Shown one piece after another: positions 13,982 to 24,544 of a DNA stretch of 64,000 nt. The notes beneath the pieces were generated by a model, which made no database searches, was not told the DNA's origin, and was given only the letters and a program-made list of their open reading frames with translations. Origin of the DNA: Octopus vulgaris (lineage: Eukaryota); the NCBI GenBank assembly GCA_951406725.2, contig OX597823.1, positions 74,648,001 through 74,712,000 of the forward strand, read 5' to 3'. Position 1 is the stretch's first letter. Each line of letters opens with the position of its first letter. The position numbers and the translations under genes are program-made.

Positions 13982-14418
13982 ACATGAAACAGGTACCATG
14001 CCTTTCATGATTATTGGAATATAAAACGATGTGATCTGCAAAACCAAGTAATATATATGATTTATATGTATAGTATTGAAGTTGTTACCATAATTTTTAA
14101 TAATTCATATTATTTCCGTTGCCCTATTTGCTTGAGGAAAATAAAAATATCATATTTAAGATATCTGTTTCAATAATTGCACATTTTTTTTGTCACAATG
14201 AATTAATAAATTATTTGAGTGGTTTCAGCTGCAAAATTACTTGCGTAGAGCTTGGTTTTCATATTTTGTAACTATTCTTGTTCCATCCTATTACTGGTCT
14301 ATGAGTTCAGTCATTTTATTATTCCTGACATTCGGTTTATACATTAACAATTAAGAGAATGGAAAGCATAAACTCTTAAAGGGAATCTAATAGTAATTTC
14401 TCAAAAAAGGGAAACTCT

Positions 14419-14466
<48 letters not shown>

Positions 14467-14469
<3 letters not shown>

Positions 14470-14675
14470 TAGAAGTGACTGTGTGGTAAGTAGCGTACTT
14501 ACCAGCCACGTGGTTCCGGGTTCATTCCCACTACATGGCACCTTGGACGAGTGCCATATTACCTCGGACCGACCAAACCCTTGTGAGTGGATTTGGTAGA
14601 CGGAAACTGAAAGAAGCATTTCGTATGGATCGATTGTTCGACAAGGCGGTGTCACCGCAGTCAAATATGAAACGA
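14467..14675 (+). mobile_element. SINE family A (head plus 3' tip, centre deleted)
   Basis: gcgtagaagtgactgtgtggtaagtagc...ggatttggtagacggaaactgaaagaagc joined to ttgttcgacaaggcggtgtcaccgcagtcaaat. Confidence 0.8.
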
Positions 14676-14686
14676 GTAAAAATAAA

Positions 14687-14766
<80 letters not shown>

Positions 14767-14887
14767 AATATACAAAGGGCAGGGGGCTCTTTTCATTTCT
14801 ACGCACCACTTTCCTTGGATAATGGAACTGCAAATATAACATATTCAAAAATTACTCCTCATATTGAACTCTAATATTTCCTTCTAT

Positions 14888-14942
14888 TTAGCCATCTGAT
14901 GAAGGGGTATCCCTAATATCCCAGAAACAGCTGTAAGACTAA
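14888..14942 (+). ncRNA. Minimal type I hammerhead ribozyme motif in a short PLE-like remnant
   Basis: ttagccat-CTGATGA-a-ggggtat..atatccc-a-GAA-ACAGCTGT-A-agactaa. Core boxes are intact, stem III is palindromic (ACAGCTGT), the cleavage triplet is GUA and stem I is imperfect. Confidence 0.65.
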
Positions 14943-15534
14943 CTTTCTCTTTATTATAAATATCCTGAAAATTCCACACAGCCTTGGATTTGTTGTCTTA
15001 TTTTATTTAACATATATAATACACATATATTTGATATATTATGAATTTAATCTTATTTGAAACAAAATAATAACATACATGTTTCTTCAAGGATTTATGT
15101 ATTCGCTCCTTGTATCGTTCAACTGATGCATCTATAATCTATTTATCTCCATTGCTTTCTCTCTCGAGTTCTGTTACCCCGTTTCCACCCTCGCTCACTC
15201 CCTTATGCACACTTATTTATTAATTTTAAATTGAACATTTCAAATTGTTGGTTTTGAATGCTTGAGAATTTACTTTCTAGTATCGAATAGAAAGCTTCGT
15301 TGAATTTCATAAATAATTATCATATCAATAATTACGTTATTTATTCTTCAGATTAAATTAATGTATGTTCATTAAATTTACTGGTGATATATCTTTGTTA
15401 TATATTTATAGATTTTTCAGCTATATCATGCCCGTTATATAATTAATTACGCATAAACAATCATGCACACGTACATATATACAGAAATACATATATACAT
15501 AAATAATACTTACATACATACACAGAAAACATAA

Positions 15535-15584
<50 letters not shown>

Positions 15585-15603
15585 GTTTATAAATATATAT
15601 GCG

Positions 15604-15670
<67 letters not shown>

Positions 15671-15950
15671 TGTGTATATATATATACATATATATATATA
15701 TATGCGTGGATGTACACACACACACATATATATATATTCACTCGGTTATACATAGAAGCGTAAAACAAATGAGGGTAAATGATTAAAACTGAAGATTTAA
15801 TAATCAGCTGGCAAGAGGAAACATAATTAAATAGAAACTTGTTGGAATATTGTACATAAATACACTTGCGCACACATTCATTTGCACACATACATATTTG
15901 GATTGGAATATATAATGATACATCTATCCATATATAGACTCACGGCTATA

Positions 15951-15985
<35 letters not shown>

Positions 15986-15987
<2 letters not shown>

Positions 15988-17459
15988 CCCTACCCACCGT
16001 CTAAGCAATTATATTGACATTGTTTTGAAACCACTATGTACTTACATACCCAGTTTCATCAGGGATGACATCGACTTCCTGTCCCGTCTTCCCCAAAACA
16101 ACAGAAACAAATTCAGTTTTACTAAGTTTTGATGTGGTAAGCCTCTACACCAATATTCCGCACGATTTAGGAATAAAGGCGATTAAATACTGGTTAGAAA
16201 AACATTGAGAAGTGATTCCCAGCAGATTCACAGTGCCATTTATATTAGACACAGTCAAACTTATTCTAGAAAACAGCACATTCTTCTTCAATGGAAAGAA
16301 TTACATCCAAATTAGAGGCACGGCGATGGGAACGAGGTTTGCTCCCGTTTACGACAACTCTGTAATTGGATACTTAGAACAACAACTCTACCAAGAGGTG
16401 GAGGTAAACTATGGCACTGGATTTAGAAAGTATATTGAAAAGGCATGGAAGAGATACCTTGACGACTGCTTCATAATCTGGACAGAATCTCTAAATACTC
16501 TGGAAGAGTTCAATATCCTCCTGAACAACCTACACCCAGCTCTCCAATTTACAAAGGAGATGAGTAGTACCAAATTACCATTCCTAGATATAATGGTAAT
16601 TAAAAAGACACCACCATCACCACAGATATATACTATAAACACACAGACACACATCAATACCTAAATTTTAAGTCGTGCCATCCACCACATGCAAAACGCA
16701 ACATCCCATACTGACTAGCCAGAAGAATTTGTACCATTATAGAAGATGCAAGTATCAGGAACAAACGCCTAATAGAACTAAGAGAATTTTTGCTCAAACA
16801 AAAATACCCATCTCTACTTATAGAAAATGGCATACAGCGGGCTATAAAAATACCCATACAACAACTTAGGACAACCCAAGGAAGAGGAAAACAAGAACAA
16901 GTCATACCATTCATAGTGACACACAACCCATGTCACCAGAATATCTTCAACATTGCAAAAGCAAACCTACCAATCATTGCCCAAAGTAATGAATTAAAAG
17001 GCATAATCACGGTTCGAGCTATGGTGCTTAGTAAAATTTGACCTTAGCAACAAAGACCAAACATTCACTGTATCTAAATGCAATGATAGTCGATGTGACA
17101 CATGCCAATTCATACATACCGACCAATATATAAACACAAAAACCGGGAAAATATTCACAAACGCGAATATGAACTGCAAAAGCAGAAATTTAATTTACCG
17201 CATCAAATGCCCAAATTGTGAAGAAATATATGTAGGTCAGACAGGAAACGCACTATCAGAACGCTCACGTGTACACCGGCAACAGATTAGAGACCCAGAG
17301 GTCCGTCAGATACCTTTGAGTAACCACTTAGCAACATGTGGCCGGAAAATGTATATAATATTTCCGTTCTACAAATTACACAGCCCAAGTGAAATCGAGA
17401 GGAGAATCAGAGAAAAGAATTTTATTGATAAATTCGAACCCAAGCTAAATAAGCAATAA
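15986..17459 (+). pseudogene. PLE reverse transcriptase-GIY-YIG ORF, frameshifted
   Basis: SFDVVSLYTNIPH, QIRGTAMGTRFAP, RYLDDCF, LPFLDI, HQYLNFKSCHP, CNDSRCDTC, NLIYRIKCPNCEEIYVGQT..R..H..E..FI..PKLN. Several frameshifts and stops. Confidence 0.92.
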
Positions 17460-17877
17460 TAATAATACTTAGATAGCAGGAAAATTATCTTATTTAGGGT
17501 TAAAAGTTATATTGCCACCACCATCACCACTAGCAACAATAATTAAGGTGCTGACAATGATGATGATGGCAATTGAAATATAAAAATATAAAAAATCTCT
17601 GACAAAGGCAATTTACAACATTTCTAAAAATAGCCCAACAATTGCTGCTTCGGCCAGGGTCAAGGTACAGGACTCTTGACATGTCCAACAAAGCGTGACG
17701 GCTAAACCAATCAGCTCAACCAACCAATCAGCTTAAGTAATTGAGTGATGCTACACACTGATTGGTCAGAATACAGTTTACAAAACCTAGCATTTGGAGC
17801 CAACTGTATTTCAAGCACAGATTCAATCATCTCGCTACAGTCAAAAATTTTGAAGCATGACTGTCACCACTACTACA

Positions 17878-17922
17878 TGAACCTGAAGATTGCAGAATTT
17901 AATGCATGAAAGTACTAGTTCA
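17878..17922 (+). ncRNA. Minimal type I hammerhead ribozyme motif in the PLE 3' region
   Basis: tgaac-CTGAAGA-t-tgca-gaatttaa-tgca-t-GAA-AGTACT-A-gttca. Stem I is tgaac/gttca, stem II is tgca/tgca, stem III is palindromic (AGTACT), triplet CUA. Confidence 0.75.
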
Positions 17923-18206
17923 ATCAGAATGAACATTTAACATTTTATTATTTTATTTTATTTTATTATATTATCTTATATCATTATCAGATTGTAAATA
18001 AAACGTGAAAATCAGACAAGGTCGGAATTCCTTTTATTAATATATTCTTCTATACACAATGGCAGTCATATAAATATAAGACTAAAGCTGTCGCTGATTA
18101 GCTCCAAGAGGCCATCGCCTCTAGCTAGCTATATGACACACGAACCTGAGTCCATTACAGCCTTCGAACAGGGGAGGTTAGCCGCTTCACCTTGCTAGTG
18201 AGACAT

Positions 18207-18247
18207 CTGCAGACATGTTTCAGGGTTGTTGCCCTTTATCAATGCAG
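18207..18247 (-). ncRNA. Type I hammerhead ribozyme motif, U3-A8 variant (minus copy)
   Basis: Minus strand: ctgca-TTGATAA-aggg-caacaa-ccct-GAA-ACATGT-C-tgcag. Stems I and II are perfect, stem III is palindromic, triplet GUC. Confidence 0.75.
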
Positions 18248-18570
18248 CGTAGTCAGACTCAACCGGAGTCGCTACTGACCGTCTGTTCGAAGGTTGTAAT
18301 GGACGCAGGTTCGTGTGTCAAATAGCTAGCTAGAGGCGATGGCCGCTTGGAGCTAATCAGCGACAGCTTTAGTCTTATATTTATAAGACTGCCATATTAG
18401 TATGGCGATAACTATTAATATCCAGTAACGCTGCCGTAATCTCCTTTAGAGAGACTTAGTAATTTTAATACTTCTATTATTGAAAACAAGTGGATGTATT
18501 CCACTGTAACTAGGTAAATAAAATCTTTGAACAGACGGTCAGTAGCGACACCTGCTGAGTCTGACTACGC

Positions 18571-18609
18571 TGCATTGATAAAGGGCAACAACCCTGAAAC
18601 ATGTCTGCA
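18571..18609 (+). ncRNA. Type I hammerhead ribozyme motif, U3-A8 variant (plus copy)
   Basis: tgca-TTGATAA-aggg-caacaa-ccct-GAA-ACATGT-C-tgca, with a core identical to the minus copy. Confidence 0.75.
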
Positions 18610-18845
18610 AATACCTGACCAGCAAGGTGAAGCGGCTGACCTCCCCTGTTCGAAGGTTGTAATGGACGCAGGTTCGTGTGTCATATAGCTAGCTAGAGGC
18701 GATGGCCTCTTAGAGCTAATCAGCGACAGCTTTAGTCTGATATTTATAAGACTGCCATATTAGTATGGCGATAACTATTAATATATATATATATATATAT
18801 ATACACATACATAAAAATAATGTTTTTGTGTGTGTGTATATATAT

Positions 18846-19076
18846 TTCTTTACTACCCACAAGGGGCTAGACACAGAGAGGTCAAACAAGGACAGACAAA
18901 CGGATTAAGTCGAATACATCAACCCCAGTGCGTAACTGGTACTTAATTTATCGACCCCCAAAGGATGAAAGGCAAAGTCGACCTCGGCGGAATTTGAACT
19001 CAGTACGTAGCGACGGGCGAAATACCTCTAAGCATTTTGTCCAGTGTGCTAACGTTTCTGCCAGCTCGCCGCCTTT
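18846..19076 (-). mobile_element. SINE family B
   Basis: Close match to 2330-2558. Confidence 0.85.
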
Positions 19077-19212
19077 ATGTGTGTGTGTATATATATGGAA
19101 ACTTTCCTTTGTATGTGTGTGTGTTAATGTACAAATTAACATACCCTAAGTTTCAATTAATTGGTGATTGCATTTTAAAAAACATGTATTCAAATATACA
19201 CAGCAAGTATAC

Positions 19213-19259
<47 letters not shown>

Positions 19260-19262
<3 letters not shown>

Positions 19263-19570
19263 CAGGACCAGATACTGCAACAGCTTCAGAGGACCACAGC
19301 TCTTTAACATCCTCCCTAAATGCCTGAGAGATTTGCATGCTGTGGATGTGGGTTTCTTTAAACCTAAACTGGATCGCTTCTTGTCGGGGGTCCCAGATGA
19401 ACCTACCTACCAACGGGAGACACAGATACGGGCAGCGGCATCGAACTCCCTTGTTGACCAAGTACCACGTATCAGAGCTGGATTTACATATTAGTGTAGC
19501 TCATTCAGCGGTGGTGCCCCAGCATGGCCGCGTCCTTCGGGCTGCAACATTTTTAAGGATTTAAGGATTT
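19260..19570 (+). mobile_element. 3' end of a CR1-group LINE
   Basis: GPQLFNILPKCLRDL..FFKPKLDRFLSGVPDEP..RAAASNSLVDQ, a short 3' UTR with gcggtggtgccccagcatggccgc, and a (tttaagga)n tail. Confidence 0.7.
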
Positions 19571-20284
19571 ATATATCTACATACATATATATACATTTGA
19601 CTAGTGGATAATTATTTTCTGTCCCCATATTTAGTATGCACAATGAAATTCAGAAATTTTATGTTCATTATTATTAATCTATATAAGTATTTAGTAAAGT
19701 GTTCCGTATAAATGAATGACACATTAGTTCAGTGAGGGATCAGATAGATATGTGGTAGATAGATCTATAGATAAATAGGTTGACAGATAGTTAAATAGAT
19801 GGATAGATATATAGAGAGTTTGATAGATAGACAGGTAGACAGGCAAATAGAAAAGTACAGACAATGTTGTAATTTGACCTGGAACACAACAATAAGTCGA
19901 AAGAAACTAAAAATAATGTTGCTGAACATAGAATATAAAAAAACTAAAATAGTAATTTCTGTATTTCTTGTATTTTTAGTTTAAGTATATAACCCAATAT
20001 ATTCAAGAAGCTATTCCTTTTCAAATTTAGTTAAACTAATAACAACCAGAAAGTTTCCACATTAAAATATTGGTATTATAAACTTACGTAAAAAGAAACA
20101 TAATAACTATCTATATAAAATTGAAAAAATATTTTCCTTTTTTTAAAAAAGCTAGCGTTTTTTTTCCTAAATTTCCAGGTTAAAATCTTCCTTTTTTCTG
20201 TACTTTTCCCTGTCCAACTCTCAAAAGTATTCTAATATTCGGTGCCCGCATTCTAATCCACATTTTCCTGACTATTCTATTATT

Positions 20285-20286
20285 AC

Positions 20287-20335
<49 letters not shown>

Positions 20336-20364
20336 GTCATCATCATCATCATCATCATCATCAT

Positions 20365-20420
<56 letters not shown>
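20285..20420. repeat. (CAT)n-(AAT)n microsatellite
   Basis: Seen directly. Confidence 0.95.
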
Positions 20421-20421
<1 letters not shown>

Positions 20422-20623
20422 TAATTGTACCCCTTTATGACAGAAAAAGTGATAATAACGTATTTTCTTCGATGCAGATTTAGCACCTAAAAATAACAAA
20501 GGATTAATTGCAGCATATATGTTAGAAATAAATATATTTTTTCCCAAGTTTTATAATAACAAAATGTCCTCTTATCTAAACAATTAATAATAGATTTTTA
20601 ATGATTGGCTTCTTCATTAATAT

Positions 20624-21309
20624 AGGTCACAAAAGTTTCAGAGAGAACTGATTAGCACCGGTTTTTCGAAACTTAGGAGTTCAACTCACTGTCTTAACAG
20701 ACTGAGGTAAGTCCCCAGCGTACATAGTCGGATTGCAATTTCGGATTTTGACGTAGACCTCAGCAGTGGCTCTTAACGCCTAGGATTAAACTCAACTCAG
20801 TCTTATAAGTAAGAATTAAAAAAACATTGAAAAAGTGTGCTGATTTCGAAAACGCTGAAAGTGTAAAAAAATAAATTACGCTTGGGACTTATCTGCCTTT
20901 GTCAGGAACTGAAGACTGAGTGTTTGTGGTTTTGAGTTAGTTTAACTCTTACGTTTATCAAAAGCGGTGCCAGTCGGTACCCTCTATCACGTTTCTGACC
21001 TCTATTAATTTTGCCTTTAGGTTTTTAATTTGATGTCTACACTTTTACGATTTTGGAAATCTGCACAGATTTTCAATGGCTTTTCTTATACGACTGAGAG
21101 ACGTAGTTGAATTTAACCCTAGGCGTTAAGAGCCGTTGATGAGCATTAAAATGGTCTACATAAAATCCGAAATCCGAAACGCTATCCGCTTCGGACGTAC
21201 CTTACTTTGTGAGTCACATCAGACAATGCGTTTTTGGCTTTGAGTTAGTTTAGCACATATTTTTAGCAAAATCGGTGCCAGTCAGTACCATCTGTTACTT
21301 TTGTGACCT
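20624..21309. mobile_element. Compound fold-back / MITE-like element
   Basis: The left end aggtcacaaaag..actgattagcaccg has inverted partners ending at 21001 and at 21309 (cggtgccagtc..gtgacct). Internal ggctcttaacgcctagg (20768-20784) is inverted at 21118-21134. Confidence 0.6.
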
Positions 21310-21376
21310 CTCCTACTCCCTCTCTCTGTCTGTCTCTCTCTCTATATATTTATATATCTGTTTGTGTGTGTATATA

Positions 21377-21456
<80 letters not shown>

Positions 21457-21469
21457 ATATATATACATG

Positions 21470-21518
<49 letters not shown>

Positions 21519-22288
21519 CAACATATATGTATGCGCGCGCGTGTGTATCAAGCTACCAAGTCATAAACATGATGCGTTTCTCTATTTACAATCCTGCATA
21601 TTATTTATAGTGTTTTCTAGCATGTTGTCATGATCATTTTTGTTAATAAATTTTTTTTGAGAGGTTATGACCTTCAAAGAAATTGAGTTTCTAAAGAACA
21701 AAGAAATGGATAATATATATTGTACTCGGAATCTGATAAAAAAAGATGAAATGCGAAAACAACAGGAAATACGAAAACAAATGAGTTCAATACGCAAGCA
21801 ACGAAAGAAGCAAATGGAAAACGGCACAAGTAATATAAAGAACGACCATTCATCACTTATCGGCTGTCTATTTACTCCACATTTCGAGCATTGAACGACA
21901 ATATGAGTCTTCGAAGACAGTTGCTTCTATCAGTACCAAAATATAATTGCGCATGAGTATGAATAAAATTGCATAAGTATAGGCTTCGTCTAAGTATAGG
22001 GCCTTAGACATGTTCAAAGGCTGTTTGCCTCGGTTTGGATTATGTATCTTCCTTTACATTGCAGAAGTATAGCGACTACTTGATACTTTAATCCTAAGAA
22101 TAATTTCAATCGCAATAACATGAGGCAGAACATAATTTATTAAATTTTATGCATATCAGCAATAAGAGGAATAAGTGTTGTTTCTATAGCTATGCTTTTG
22201 TTCTTCTCGACAAAGTCTTACAGAGTATAAACAAAAGTACCACACATATATATACATTCTCCTTATAATTTAAATGTGGTGAAATGTA

Positions 22289-22341
<53 letters not shown>

Positions 22342-22384
22342 TATACACACATACATGTATATATATATACACATATGCACACAC

Positions 22385-22416
<32 letters not shown>

Positions 22417-22651
22417 ATGCGTGTGTGCGTTTGTGTGTGTGAAAAGCACGTTCAGTCCATCGTCTATTACTAATATTTTAATACTATATACGTATTCATG
22501 TAAGAGGGGGATAGAAAGCATATAACAGACACAAACAACCAAACGTAATTTTTTGCCCAAATTCTCATTTTCTGAATCGAATAGATATAGTGTTTGTCGT
22601 TTACCGTATTTAATTTCACTACAATTATACGATATATATATATATATATCG

Positions 22652-23655
22652 GCAGCGAGAATACTGATGAGCAAGAGGTGAAGAAATCACGAAAGGCCGT
22701 TTTTGTATCTTCTTGCGATTTGAATGTTTTTTTCCTTGCAAAGAGTTGTCTAATGCCTGGAAAGCGTGATAGTCTCAGGCAGTGCAAGCTCAGGTGGATA
22801 CGGTGGATGATAAAGTACTTCCAAGTTCAGGTCGAGTAACTTGAATAGCTTTCTTTGTGCAACATATGGTCAAGCATATGCCTTGCAAGTGAACTGACCT
22901 CTCTCTATTGACCAATCTCGTTTGTATAATTGCAAGTTCACACCTCATTTCATCCAACTAGTTGATGTATACATCCGCTGTGATTGACTTGCTAAGCCTG
23001 ATGAAGCTGTAGTGAAAAGTATGCATTCATCATACGAAACAATAGATATAAAAGTTCTTTGCATTAATCCTGCGACAGCAAAAAACAGTAAGTTTAAAGA
23101 CAACGTGTCATTTGATGCTCGTTCAGTTCCTGTGGAACCAAGCTGTCCAGGTTCTTTACCTTGTCGATTTGTTTCAGATTGTCCAATAAAGATGGAATCG
23201 AAATATCAATCTATGCTACTAGTTTGAGGTGTATCGTCGTCCACTAGAATTTCCAGCCCATCATTATGCACATTGGTCTCAGGTGTACCAAAGGGCTGAT
23301 TTTCAAGTGTGTAGTCACCAGACCGGGACTTCTGAAACCATTGATGCACAGTGCGTTCATTCACCAAGTCTTCGCTTCACACCTCTTTGATATTTCGAGC
23401 TGACTGGGATGCATGATTCCACGATGGGACTCATATTCATAAATGGCACGAATATTCGATCTCTCCATGGGTTCACAAAAATTGAAATGCAACAGATAAC
23501 TCACAAAATTATTAGACACCATTACTTGCATCTCTAAAAGTGATGATGTAATTCTTTAATGTTGTAAAACTAAGAACTGTCAGGATAAAAATTTTGAATT
23601 AACGATTGTCGGATTTGTGCGTAAACACTCAGCATTTTATCTTTAAGGGCCTGGT
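22652..23655 (-). mobile_element. Decayed mariner-type transposon
   Basis: Minus-strand remnants: N-terminal HTH (IRAIYEYE..GNHASQSARNI..ERTVHQWFQKSRSGDYTLE) and C-terminal FKSQEDTKTAFRDFF. A TIR-like end lies near 23630-23655. Confidence 0.7.
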
Positions 23656-23668
23656 ATGTATTTACTGC

Positions 23669-23716
<48 letters not shown>

Positions 23717-23831
23717 TATATATATGTATATACATATATACATACATACATAAATATATGTATATACATATGTATATGTATATATATATATATATATAGG
23801 TATTTATATATATATATATATATATATAAAG

Positions 23832-23960
23832 TTTATTTTATAGAAGGAGCTTCTACAGGACTAGAACTCTTTCATTCAAAAGAAATCATCAAGAGCTTCC
23901 TGATGATTTCTTTTGAATGAAACAGTTCTAGTCCTGTAGAAGCTCCTTCTATAAAATAAA
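23832..23960. repeat. 60-bp-arm inverted repeat (9-nt spacer) containing hammerhead core boxes
   Basis: 23832-23891 versus 23901-23960 with one mismatch. The right side reads CTGATGA-tttc-tttt-gaat-GAAAC-agttcta-GTC. Confidence 0.85.
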
Positions 23961-24026
23961 TTAATTTACTCTGCTACGTATTGAGTACCTTATTTACTGT
24001 GGTTAACCCCGTCTCAACCCGGGACC

Positions 24027-24077
<51 letters not shown>

Positions 24078-24509
24078 ATATATATATATGTGTGTATATA
24101 TATTTATATACATACTTTTATACTTTAAGAAATCAATGCGAAAATTATATACTGAACACCAAAGCACTGCTTGCGTGTTACACTTAGTTCACATACGTCA
24201 TACTCTCAGGACCCCTACGTAGATTTCAATACAGTTATACACCATAATATCATGTAATGAAAGAGAACAAAACAAGACTTAGATAATTACATATATTAGC
24301 CTGGACATATATCCATAAAACAGAACAGTCATGAATTCATCATGATATATAATAGCAGTAACCATACTGTGAGAATTGACACTGGAAATGATCACTTCTG
24401 TGTGTATTGTTCCTTAGCGTGGGCACAGCCCTAGGCTAATCAGACTATATGTGCTAATTGTGCAACTTCTGTAGTATTGTCATTTATTAATATATATACA
24501 TATAGAGAT

Positions 24510-24544
<35 letters not shown>

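Larger units (their letters stand above)
15986..18058 (+). mobile_element. 5'-truncated Penelope-like element (Neptune-type architecture) starting in a (TA)n array
   Basis: RT followed by a Cys-rich linker, a C-terminal GIY-YIG endonuclease, and a 3' region holding a hammerhead motif. Confidence 0.9.
18059..18782 (+). mobile_element. Non-coding hammerhead-bearing repeat (retrozyme-like or non-autonomous PLE) with a ~363-bp period and an inverted partial copy
   Basis: 18283-18420 repeats directly at 18646-18782 (offset 363). 18059-18292 is the reverse complement of 18525-18758. Two HHR motifs lie on opposite strands and the element ends in (TA)n. Confidence 0.75.

Noticed and set aside
21860-21925. 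Minus-strand cttcgaaga...gctcgaaa, PLE-end-like
   Set aside because: The core is too degenerate to call a ribozyme.
22660-22705. CTGATGA...GAAA resembling a hammerhead
   Set aside because: It lies in antisense mariner coding sequence, stem II is not adjacent to the core, and there is no convincing stem I.
22995-23025. CTGATGA-agctgtagt-GAAA
   Set aside because: It is within the mariner relic, and stems I-III do not form.
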